Source: Nitrospirales bacterium (GTDB lineage Bacteria; Nitrospirota; Nitrospiria; Nitrospirales; UBA8639). Taken from it: a DNA stretch of 64,000 bases. The stretch is taken from contig CBDBCZ010000013.1 of NCBI GenBank assembly GCA_965203295.1, forward strand, positions 448,001-512,000, in the 5' to 3' direction. Position numbers and translations under genes: made by a program. Below the pieces are notes generated by a model. It saw nothing but the letters and a program-made list of their open reading frames with translations, did no database searches and was not told the origin of the DNA. Shown here in pieces: positions 15,401 to 26,860 of the stretch. Position 1 is the first letter of the stretch, and each line of letters opens with the position of its first letter.

Positions 15401-18400
15401 GTGCAATAAAACGTGACTCGTAGACTAACCCTATGTTCCGCAACTGTGAGCCATGGTACTTCTTGGAGCATAGATGGAGCAGTTTCAATGAAGTGCAAAC
15501 ATGTTTGTCCACCCTCAACACATTTGTGTCTTAGCTCCAAGTAAAGTCGCAGCAAAACCTAAAAAATGAAGGATTGAACAGAACTACTTATACATGGCTG
15601 ATGAGATTCAAGTACTACAACAAATCGATTGCAGGATAGGGCTACTAGCTTCCAAGTGTTGATATTTAGCTGCAGTTGAGTTTTCATACCTCTTGAAGCT
15701 GAAAGGGTAGAATGTTAACTTCAAGTATGAGGTATTGACACATTGGGTGTTGTACAACTCTTTTCATAAACAGCCTCAGATCTTGCTCTACAGTCACCGG
15801 CGTACAGCGAAGAACTTGAAAGGCATTAGGTGACCCATCATACACCTCCAAGAGAAGCCTTATGAGTTGTCCTTGGGAGAATCCAGGTGCACAATGGATA
15901 GTGCTTGATATCTGCGGCGAGCTAACTAGGATTTGGTCTTGTGGAGCAAAGATCATTCTACATTGCATCGGCAGTGAGCAGTCAATTACACCTTCTTTAC
16001 TGAAGATATTACCCAGGAATGATCCCACTACATCCATTGCAGACTTCTGAGCATGTTCCTGCAATGCAGTGTCCTTAAATAGACGGGACTCCATAGCACT
16101 CTGCAAAAAATAAAACAGATTTTCAAGCACAAATGTCTAGACATATCACTATTACAACCTACCCCATTACTTGCATTAATTTTATAGTGCGCTATAGTTA
16201 TTTGACTTGCAAATAAATTATTTTTATAAGCATTTGCAGTGCAAGTCACTGTCACTGGTGATTACTGCCAACGGTAGCTACTAGCTGCATGTAATGTGGC
16301 CGTGAATAGTTAAATAGAACTGGGAAATTTTTGAAGCTGTAGTTCTTGCAGATATGGTAGGTATGAGACTTCAGTTACATAGGGAAGAAACTGGCCATGC
16401 ATTTCACATTCAATTTGTTTGACTTGTGTGTACACACTCTCTCTCATTCAAAGTCTCTTTACGAGGTAGTATTGCTAGCCAGACGTCTGGCCTGTGAGAC
16501 TATAAGGATAGACATTCTTATAGCCTACATGTAGGCATTACATAAGTGTAGTAGATGTAGACATGCTTCCTACTTTTTGGCATACGTTTGTTAGAGGGTC
16601 TGGGGTCGACCCGTGTCTGTGAGTTCAATGTGAAAGTGAACATACCAATGTGCATTGCTACTTTTGGTCAACGTAAACCACTGCAGTATGCAGGTGCTGG
16701 AATACACTCATCATACTCTGCAGTAGCTATATTGACTTACATAATAGAACATCCAATTGTATTTCAAACAATCTGGCTTACCCTGACTACATTTTGAAGA
16801 AGTGCTCTGGACACTGCATCTCTCTGGAAGAGGAAGCCGATTTCTTGAACTATTTCAGATACACAAGGCTTATCTGCTCTTAAGAGGTCACAGAGAATCA
16901 TGAGCTTGGGAACTCTGAAAAACAGGAGCCATTTATAACTGCTGTGCAGCTCTTCCATTGTGTTGATCCATTCCATCAAGGTACTCTCGGCTTTGGACAC
17001 CTGTCAATCAGTGCAAAGCTCAGTAGTACATTGTACATCATCAATACACCAAAACATTCACAAACCTTTTCATCAGCATCCAATGAAGAATCTGAACATG
17101 CCAGTGTGTATACAAATTGTGACTGCGAAAAAGTCGGATGACCCAGTTGTTTCAGCTTCTCAAACACTTCCAATAGCCGAGTGGCAACCTGCATGGAAAA
17201 AGCTTTTAGTACAAGGAAGTAAATGACAAATTTAAATTACCTCATGGAGATGAAGAAAGCTCTGCACTTTCTGTTCATCTTTATGAGCATCCAAAAATCC
17301 AAGCTGCCGAACAAAGTCATCTACTTGTGCACTTGAAAGCTTCACTTTGACTACCCTTTGTGATCCTGTGCGTGTGCGTTGGATCACTATTGGAGCAGAT
17401 GTGCCAAAATCGTCTGAAATACGCTTTGGCCTTTGGGCTGAAATTGATCTATACGTTTCATACTCCAACACAAGATGCAAAACGCTCCTTCCACAAACTG
17501 ATGATCTAACAATATGATAATTTCCACTACGCAAAATATCATCAAGTTCACTGGAGACATTCTCTAATGTATCCTCTGCTCGAGAAAACCAGTATCGAAT
17601 TTGATGTATGTTGCATTTCACAGTCTCAAGTTGGGGTAGTCCTTCAGGAAACTCAAGAGCAGCTATAGATGACATTAAAGACTTTAAGTTGTGACTGCGA
17701 TCCAGGAATGGTGAAAGAAATCTGAAAGCTGCTAATAAATGAATAAGCACCATATCACAATACTCCTCATGCTGTAACTGTGCAGTAACAAGTTCAAACT
17801 GCCGACGAAATCGATCGCTGCCTTTTGTACCTGTAAACTGTTTCTCTTCAAGAAACTGAAAGAAATCTGTACTGTCTGCAACTTTTGAGAGCAGTTCTAA
17901 GCTCTTTGGATTTGCATCTTCTTTAAGGCAAAAAACTACACAGACTGTCTGCCAGAATCTATCAGCTTCTTCTGGAGTTAGCTTGTCTCGTTCTGCTTTC
18001 ACACTCAGCTTTTCAGCAATTTTGGTGAGTTCTTCAAGCTGAGGATCTTTCTTACAGTTTTCAAGGTGATAATGATGACAAACTGTTCTAATAGTTTGAA
18101 TGCAAGGTATAAATTGAATAACTTTCAAAAGTTTTTTCACTCTGGTCAGCCCTGATGTATCACATGAAGTAAATCTTGAGCATTGCGACAAAGTATTAAA
18201 CTCTCCATCTATATCAAGCGATTCCAATGCAAGACAGCCTGCAGCTGTTATTTCACCGTACATCGCTGTTCCATTCAGAACTCTTTGCAGTAAAATTTCT
18301 GTTTGCTTTAGGGCCTCAGTTAGTAGAGGGAGAGAAACAGTTTTTGCACCGGATAGTTCATGACGGATATATGTGTCAAATAATTTGCTGGGGTACAACT

Positions 18401-21400
18401 TGAAGTACACGATGAGGCCCAAGTATGGTTTGAGTGGCTCTAGAAAAGTACTCAGAAGTTCAACAAGAGCACAGAGGGTAGAAAGACCCATACTCTGTGT
18501 GAGCCGGAGCTGAACACGCTGGTTGGGTGGACTGAACTTTCCATCAGTACAGGGAGTGGGAGGATCCATTAGGAGCTTCAGGCTAGCGGATCTCTTTTCA
18601 TACTCGTCTGGAAAGACAACGTGGTTTTCAAGCATTGATTGGATATCTAGAGGAACTTCCAATCCATACTGTGTCAGGACATACATCAAAGAGCACCTTA
18701 AAGACAAATTTGAGACAGTTGAATATAAAACAAACTAATGTGCTAACACTATAACAACCTACCAGCCTCCTTTTGGGTCAGTGGAAATGTATCTCAACAA
18801 TAGCACATTCAGCTGTTCGAAATAATGCAGGAAAGTGCTACGAAGATCAGAAACTTCATGAGCAGTTACTGTAACACCATCTGCAGAAACAGCTTTTGCA
18901 AGGTTGCGAATTTGTTGCTGATTCTGATAATACCAAAAAATGTCATCATAGTTTGCAGTTTCAGTTTCAAGTCTAGTTTTCCAGTTTGAGAGCATTTTAT
19001 GAAGCTTCCGAACCCAGACAAAGTACTGTATCACGAGTTCTCTTCTGGAAACTTCTGACGGAATGGATTGTGCCAGGAGTGTTTCCTTTCCATCTGACTT
19101 CCTCATCGAAGCAAAAGAGCAGAAAACACTACCAATTTGAGAAATGATGTCTGAGTATCTTGTCATCGATGTAAATGTCCTACTACTCACTGGTATCCTT
19201 ATGCAACAAGTGTTAATGAATCTAAGACAAAACTTCTGCTTAACAGACAGTTCCTTCTGCAAGGGCCATGTTGGATCCTTCTTAAGTACATCAACAGCTA
19301 CTCCAATAGCAGAGCTGTATAAGGGTACTTCTAGAAGGTCCCGGGCACCTGGAATTATTTTCTGTAAAGAAAATATGACTGTCATAGTGCTATACTAAGA
19401 AGCCAATGAGAATTTTTGGCATACCTTGTGTATTGCTGTTAGAACAACATCCTGAAAACTGTTCTCTTTGTCATCAGCACATTTCTGATGGGCATTAATT
19501 GCAGTTTTAAAGAACTCCAAATGCAAATTTCGTTTCATTCAATTATACCTCACAAACTGATTATAGAACCAGAATGGGTAGGGGGTACTCAGAATATCAA
19601 ACTTACCAACATTTCTTTAGTTAAAAGCAGAAGGCGACCTTTTGATAAATTCTTTGCAATAAAATCTTGAAGATCACGATCAAACTTTTGAACTGCCTCT
19701 CGATCTTGGGTAACATGATCAGCATGCACAGAAAGCAACCCATTCACTCCAACTTGCAGGAGTTCAACGATGAAACTGGAAGCTCTACTGTAGTTTACAG
19801 TAGCCACTTTCTTGAAAAATCTCTGAAACATCTGATTAGCTGCACCTGGAAGCCTATATGAAGTAGAAGTTGCCTCTGTACATGAAACACGATTCAATAA
19901 ACTTATACAACTACTGTTTCTGTCTAAACAAAACACTTTATGAACACTTGCAGTAAATAACTGCATTCTCTTCATACTTCATGTGAACACAAAGTAGTAA
20001 AGTCACGGAAAACATTTAAAAATGAAAACAAAAAAGCAATCAAATAAGGTAAGAATTTTTTTACAGATTACTATACCTATATCTGTAGATATTTTTCCGA
20101 TCATGTGTCACTGTGCTTGTTACATAAGGTGACACAATGTTGCATCACTAAGTAACTTTTTCCACAGAGAATTAATTTTATTTCACACAGATTAAACAAT
20201 TCTACAATCGATGGATACCTAGTATATAGGGTACCTGAAACCTAGGCATGTATTGTGCTCTTTGGCAAAATATAGCTTACCTTTGTACTGCATCATGAAG
20301 TAAAATGTTCCATAATGGATCAGAAAACTTTACATCAGGTGGATAAATATGCTCATCCAGGTACTCTTCTAAGAGCTGTTGTCAGGAATCACAAGGTTAA
20401 GTTCATCATAAACATTTGCCCCTTTGTATCAATAGCATTTAATATCTATAGATAGTGTTTACCTCACAAGGCCAAATATGCAATGCAACTTTGTAGAGTG
20501 GAAAAAACTGTTGCACAGATAATCCTCTTAAACTCTTTCTTGTCAGTTCAACAATCTACAAGGACAAAATTGACAATCTAGACACAGGTTCTCATGACAC
20601 ACTTTCTGAAATTAAATGTCAGGCTTCCTCCCCTTTAGCCAGTCATATTATTATGCATGCCTTAACTAATACATAATTATGACCAAGAAATACGTTCTCT
20701 TATACGCAACTCATAGACGGTATATATAAACCACAGCCAAGTATAAAGAAAAATTATTGTAGAAAGTTATCCATTCTATGTATGTATAGTTTTCCCAGTG
20801 GTCTAGAGGCAAAAACTTGCATTTGCAAGAAAATGATTTGCGTTAAACCCTAATCACATGTAATTTTTCACTTATGGGCTTTGTTATTTGTTCTTTTCTA
20901 ACTACTTTTATGAAACAGGTGCACATAAAGGCTCATCACAAAATTGGTCCTTTGCAGATCACCTCTCTATGAATGGGCTTGCATGTTTCTCTAGATTCGT
21001 AGTACTATATGCTAACAAAGTAGAATATTTCAAGAATTATGATACTATAGTGACAATTGTGACCAATATTGTAGCAGTCATACTCTAGAGTTATTAGAGT
21101 ATTAATTCACACTCTGCCTAGTAAGGCACATCTAATACTGTAATGTACAGTAAACTGGCAATTGCTATATACCAAGAACTGAAGCATCGATAGCGGTAAT
21201 ATACATAGTATAATATGTATACAGTATCCATGGCATGTATGCTACTATATTTATGGCCTTTATTGCATTTCTGGTTTACTAAGTGCTCTTTAAAACACAC
21301 AGCCACCTACAAATTAGCATCTGAAAATAGTAGCAGTCATGAATCATTCTTGAGTATGTGAAACTGTATATATATCACCTTGATAACCAAGCATGGTTCC

Positions 21401-23046
21401 AATCTTTAACCTTCCGATCGTTTACATTTTTAAGTCATGATTCATTACACCCACATCTGTCTGCTCACCGACCACACTTAACAATGGTGGCATTGCCCAC
21501 TCTAGTTTATACCTTATCACAAATGAAGTCTTTAAACCTCAGTACTACAGGAAGGGTCGGTGACAACATTTCTTCCAAGCACTCTTGTGGATTCTCTGTT
21601 AAATCAATCAGGCCAAGTAAGAATAAGAGCCATTGCTGCATATCGGAATGAAACAATTGAAGTTCCCATTTCTTGGTAGTGACGATGTGCAGCATTGAAT
21701 TGAGTAGGTTGAGACCCTGTAGTATACACAAAGTTAGGCACTTATTATTGCAACATACATTGCTACCAGATAATATAGCCATGCCTACATCAATGATTGC
21801 CTGTAGCCTGGTCCCATCAGCACTGATGTACTTCAGGTATTTGCTCTTCGGTTTTGAGGCTTTAATCTCACACTGCTTTCGCACTCTCAAAACAATATGA
21901 CTCAAGAAGTCTTCACTAGAAGTAAAATATTGCTCAAAAGCAATGATAGCATTCCTGAAGGAAAATATTCACATAATATATTTGTACATTTATACATACT
22001 CACAAATTTTATACATACATGTATACATATTTGTAATGTGGTACATGTGGTCATCATGCAATAAATTTAAAGCTGAAGACACATGTAGAGAGTGCAGAAT
22101 GCATATTGCATGTACTGCTGTGTACATAGTGGAAGCAGCAGTAGCAAGAAACAGCTTTTCATTGCTTAATTTCTGTATCATCAGCTACTATTGTGGATTT
22201 ACAGCGGCAGAAGCAGAATTTCTTGATCATATGATGTCCAAACTGAGTACAGGAATAGCTAAACTGACCACCACTGAATCTATGTCTGTTCCTTGGGGTT
22301 TATTGGAAATAAACATGAGGCATGGTCTAACTATTACCTACCTAGATAGCTACATACATATGCATACATCTAGACACGTATACCAAATATGGGGAGGGTG
22401 AGGAGTGGGGCATAGAGCGGGGGAGGGAGGAGAAGGAGGGAAAAGATAACTGAATTGAGGCTATGTATGTATTTATTTCGCATTCAATAACCTCAGGCTC
22501 TTATTTACCTTTGATGGGAGAAGTAACGAAGTTTGTTGCCAGTGTCTGGTGCTAATAACACTCCCATTAAACTGGTATCGAAAGTAAACTTTGGAGGTAG
22601 TTCTAGTTCCCGGCCCAAGTCCAAGGCATCCACTACCCCTTGAATGTTTGTGGGATCCATTGTATATACATGAGCCTCCTATAGAGAAAGATAAACACAA
22701 GGTAACACTGAAACATTAAAAACGGCTATACAAATAATGGCTGAACCTTCAGCAAGTGCTCGTGCCACAATCTGGAAGGAAGTGCTTGATCTGGCTTCAG
22801 TAAGCACAACCTCAAGTACGTAGTAACTGCATGTATGATGATCAATATTAAAGTGTGCATTCCACAATGGGATTGCTGTACTTACTCCAAACCATTCTGG
22901 GATAGACTCGAAAAGAATCATCTGACTTCAATCCACCCAGTAGATTTCCAAATGCAAGTTTCAGAAACAAAAATGCCCATCTTGTAATAGGCGGTTCATC
23001 AGAACTCTGTTGATATTTGGCATTACAGTAGAATGTAAAGTCTTCC
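411..23046 (-). CDS. RNF213: RNF213/mysterin-like giant AAA+ ATPase / E3 ligase-family protein; ~39 exons, roughly 3,800 codons in the window, 3' end continues beyond position 1
   Basis: Phase-consistent exon chain. Motifs typical of RNF213: VYGLPGNGKTHYI, PVIIEGETGVGKT, FHKLNIHA, YLDEINT, FIIASCNPHR, YYVRKLHPTLQFLMWDYGSL, PLIIVGDPGSSKTLS, VVFMDEAGL, AISNHVLDAAKTNR, GLRDF, RNFNG, FYDLFNQ, VHPDFQCVIV, PFLNRFEK. Orthologue versus lineage-specific paralogue cannot be decided here. Confidence 0.9.
2467..3751 (-). CDS. RNF213: RNF213-like exon downstream of the AAA core (hinge / E3-module region)
   Basis: 1285-bp open exon, ctacag acceptor and gtaagt donor; contains KLFVLLLHFP...GWGHHYLD, resembling the RNF213 post-AAA segment. 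Confidence 0.8.
5608..6999 (-). CDS. RNF213: RNF213-like exon: end of AAA3 plus AAA4 (Walker A GDPGSSKT, Walker B FMDE)
   Basis: 1392-bp open exon (phase 0-0) overlapping ORF 5533..6861; intact Walker A, Walker B, sensor AISN and AAKTNR. Confidence 0.92.
8606..8910 (-). CDS. RNF213: RNF213-like exon with AAA3 Walker A (GETGVGKT)
   Basis: YVLTLDYTLKMLNIHERYECGIPVIIEGETGVGKT matches the RNF213 YxLTxDNxxKM...PVIIMGETGCGKT pattern. Confidence 0.9.
9722..10684. mobile_element. Palindromic hairpin element interrupted by a TA-flanked MITE (9839-10658)
   Basis: Joining 9722-9838 to 10661-10684 restores a long palindrome centred on cccgagccgaaggcgaggg. The insert has inverted repeats cagttaaggatgtcc / ggacatccttaactg and a TA duplication. 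Confidence 0.75.
11346..11838 (+). mobile_element. DINE-1/HINE-like non-autonomous element, family 1
   Basis: Terminal hairpin tttaccccgcg...ggggttaagcaatcggtt, short microsatellite and ggggtatgtctct end; homologous in reverse to 44484-45017. Confidence 0.6.
13374..15175 (-). CDS. RNF213: Two RNF213-like exons (15085-15175 and 13374-13552) that splice to form the P-loop VYGLPG|NGKTHYI
   Basis: Phase-1 junction CCA G|GG AAT GGA AAA ACA rebuilds a Walker A motif. Confidence 0.8.
14252..14454. mobile_element. Small degenerate MITE
   Basis: Imperfect ~30-bp inverted repeats tcatgatagcgaagtttt..ttcaattccaacc / ggttgaaattgaagaaactttgctattatga. Confidence 0.45.
17241..18696 (-). CDS. RNF213: RNF213-like large helical (stalk-region) exon
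   Basis: 1456-bp open exon inside ORF 17232..18707; phases fit both neighbours. Confidence 0.85.
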
Positions 23047-23727
23047 CTGTGATAGTGTTAGACACAGCACATCAATGAACAATCATCTGTATACTATGCA
23101 CAGTTTCAAACATCATAGAGATTATTAAATAGGTTAGGTACGTAGTCACGTGAAACTCTTATAAACAGAAAAAAGCCATAGCCATAAATCTGTCATCTAT
23201 ATACAAAAGCTTCTTGTCAGCCGTGTTTACGTATTTGATCATATCACTACATCTTTGTAGAATGAGAGTTATTCTGTGGAAGCATGCAATATTTAACGCG
23301 TTACCAGAATAATTAATGTGTTACATAACTGCAGATAGCGACTAAGTGCTCATAATGCTACTACTGAATGCATTTATAAGTATTACTCTGCATACGGTAT
23401 TATAGAGATTTAGACAGGAAATAGTCAACTATAGGAGAGGAGTAATAAGTACTGGCCTAGCTTGATCTAAAGCTTGAATACACTACATCCAAGACATTGA
23501 TTACATACTAAGCAAGCAAGAGAAGTAACCAGTAGCTAGAGTACCACCATGTTCAGGAGGTACATGAGCTAAATTCAATGGCAGCTTGCATCTGGAGTTT
23601 CAAGTGTTATACTGCAACAGTGCAGGAGTCTATGGTGAATGAGGAAATGCTTCCTGGGACTATCAGAGATTTCCTTCCTAATATCCTCATGCAGGGAAGT
23701 CCTCAAAGAACTGCATCCACTGCTGTA

Positions 23728-24080
23728 ATAATAATATACTCATGTACGTTGCTGCCGTAGCGCTTACGCCATCGACCACGCACCCACATACACAGGCGGA
23801 GCTTGAAAGATCTCCAGTCAGAGGACAAGAGCAAGAGCAACCAGATGTCTCACCATTACCATCCTGATTGCCATATAATTTATTCTTCCTAGTATCCCAG
23901 ATTAATAAAATAAAACCCTTAACTAGCCTTATTAAAGCCTTAAAATCATATCTTTCCCAATTCTCATAACCTAAAACAAAGCCCGTCCTCTCGAAATTAT
24001 TGAGTGCACTAAACTCTTCAAAACTTCCACCCAACAGATTGTCTAAGTCTTCCATGAAAGTATTTCTAATGGTATCATAC
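23728..24080 (-). mobile_element. 5'-truncated LINE 3' end with (ATT)n tail and 15-bp target-site duplication
   Basis: ORF2-like C-terminus (AYDTIRNTFM...FILLIWDTRK), TATTATTA tail, flanked by gcatccactgctgta (23713-23727) and gcattcactgctgta (24081-24095). Confidence 0.8.
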
Positions 24081-24817
24081 GCATTCACTGCTGTATTCTA
24101 TCAAATCAAAATTTCTGTACTTTGTCAATCAATGCATTGCACTGTGCTTGTCTGGAATACGCTATAGCAGATGCATATAGTCTACCACCAAGCGTAACTA
24201 AAGAAATTCGCTTCCTCTTCATCTTAGTAGGTGAAACTATGTATTATCCGCCCATCCCCTTCTTTGACAGATGTTCAGAGATATCATATTTTGTCAGTGA
24301 CACAATCAAAACACGCAAATAGCTTTTGGTTTCTACCAGGAACTGCCACACAAAACATAATCATCCTTCACAAAATGTATGACGGTACGCACCTGCTCAA
24401 GAAACCTTTCAGTGTTCTGGCAATTTGCATAGCATCCAGACTTCCAAAGAGGTTTGCAGACATGTCCACAAATTTAGAAAGTGATTCACAGCGATAGAGA
24501 CCCCTTTTCCTGTTAAAAAATTAACCACAATTCATAACATTACTAAAATCTGTATAGCTACATATAACTTACAGTATGCTTGTGCGAAATGACAATGCGA
24601 TGTATAATGGAAAGTCTTTCTCAAATTTTTGCTGGCATCCTCTCATCAGTATTTGTAGTGCTTGATTTGCAGCACCACTCTGCTTGTATGCACCCTGCGT
24701 ACCAAATAATTGTGAACGTGATACACTCCACAGCCTTATGTGTTCTTGCTATATATACAGCTATACATATTATGTGTCATTGTTACAATTAAACAGTGAG
24801 AGTGCTCTTTATGTATA

Positions 24818-25250
24818 GGATAGATACCTGGCTAGAGGGCTTTAACCTACTTAAACACCCGTGGGAACCGAGGAAGTGTTAATTGGGTCGAGGGCGCAGC
24901 CCGGCGAGACACAAATAGCACTTCCAAGGTTCCCAAGGGTGTTTAAGTAGGTTAAAGCACTCAGCCAGGTGTCTATCCCACTTAGACTATATAAACAATC
25001 AGGACGTGTGAGGCAATTAAAGCTCAGAGGGATTTAACCTACTTAAACGCCCGTGGGAACCGAGGAAGTGTTAATTGGGTCGAGGGCGCAGCCCGGCCGA
25101 GACACAATTAGCACTTCCAAGGTTCCCAAGGGTGTTTAAGTAGGTTAAAGCACTCAGCCAGGTGTCTATCCCACTTAGACTATATAAACAATCAGGACGT
25201 GTGAGGCAATTAAAGCTCAGAGGGATTTAACCTACTTAAACGCCCTGGAC
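24818..25250. mobile_element. Palindromic hairpin element with internal ~190-bp tandem duplication
   Basis: Arms tttaacctacttaaacacc / ggtgtttaagtaggttaaa around a cgagggcgcagccc core; unit present twice plus a partial third. Confidence 0.75.
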
Positions 25251-26718
25251 TAACCTGCATCCTTCAAAGGTTTTACCTCATCAATTATTCATATATGGTC
25301 TAATCTATAATAACAACCCAAGCATAAAGATAAAGCTGGAAAAGGGGGGTGTAAACAATGCTAATACTGCCCAATAAGGGTATGGTAAATGTTAGACAAA
25401 GAGGTGGTGGTATCCATTGTTTCGACAGCTGTGACATCAGTTCTCTGTCACCATTGCCATGGACATCGATAATGATGGCAGCTATTACAAGATAGCACCA
25501 TTGATTGTTCAGGAAGCCATGGCACCTCTAATTTTTTTAAAATCTAAATCTGATAGATACCATCTAGTAGGTCTATCGAAAAAAAAAAACTGCATATATT
25601 ATTCATGACTAGAATTAAAATGGGTATGAAGGAAGGGTCAGAGTGGATCAAAACTTGCCAATGTGATCCATGGGTTAAACCAAGAAAACATATGTAAAGC
25701 CCTTCTACTTTCTGTTTCTGTGAGGGTTATAGCCAGAACAAAAACACGATGCCGTGCGTTGGCTAACATAAAAGGAAAGGGTAGAGCCCCCTCTGATGGA
25801 CGGCAAGACAAGTCCAAGACCATCAGCCCTGGCTTGTGTAGTCTTGTTTGTGCTGCTACAGCTTGCATTCCATTGGCAATTGCGAGCAAGGGGAGAGATT
25901 AGCTTGTTCTTCGGAGCCATGACTGGCTATCAGGGGTACAGGAAGGGAGAGGGGGGGAGTGCATACTTTCCAAGATTATCAACAAAGGGAGTATACAGTA
26001 GTCTGTTTCCGTCATCTGCTTGCCCAGCAGGTTTATGTGTTGTCCGTTTGAAGTGCAGACTGTGGAAGGCTGCATAGGTGGCTTACTGCAGTACCAAGGC
26101 TCTCTACACTAAAGGGTTTGTAAGCTAGAGCTGGAATACTGAGTAATTAACCTCCTGGGCCTTGGTTATAGAATCGTAGGATGTCATGTGCACAATTACA
26201 CACCATTCAACACACATTGGATCATAACTACTCGTTATATCGCCTACCAACTAATATGCGAGAGATTAAACAATGCCTTACTTGTTCAAATGTATGAAAT
26301 TCGTTCATCACTCCCTTAAAAAGTTCAGGATCCTCAGTTGCAATCCTTGGGCCTGACGGAGGGTAGAGTAACTCTTCCAACTGATAGGCAAGGCCCCTCA
26401 CTGGCTGAAACAAACCGGTTAGTGCACCCAGAAAGCCTGAATGAAGAGAGTGCAGATTGCGGTAGACATTTTACATGAGAACCTCTGCTTGGCACTTTCT
26501 TTCTGTCAATCATGCTTCAATCCGACATGTAGAGTGTTTAGTCCGAGTCGTCCCCGTCTTTTGCTACAAAGCCATAAACCAAACATACTGCCGTCCTCGT
26601 ACCATAAGTAAATTATTCTAGTAGTCAACCGATGTAATGCACATGCACAATATGGGTGTAAAGTGTTTTTAATTATAAATTAACCCTCTACTCCCGATAG
26701 TGCCCAAAAGTGCTTTAA

Positions 26719-26860
26719 CTCTTTACCAACCAATGATGCATATATGCGTCATGAGCTCCCATAAGCCAATATGATTTATATGGGGGTTTTAATACTAGGC
26801 GTTAATACTTTGTACATGCTTTTCTGCTTCTTTAAGCTATTTTTTATGGTCGGTAAAGGG
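26719..26860. mobile_element. piggyBac-like MITE
   Basis: ttaa|ctctttaccaacca ... tggtcggtaaaggg|tgaa (14-bp imperfect TIR, degenerate TTAA). Confidence 0.5.

Noticed and set aside
22679..23046. Two in-frame TGA codons upstream of ORF 22679..22921 as pseudogene lesions
   Set aside because: Another frame (EDFTFYCNAK...YPRMVW) is open and splices in phase through two short introns into the next exon
23687..24088. 133-aa ORF as an independent gene or host exon
   Set aside because: It is a LINE ORF2 tail with TSD and ATT tail
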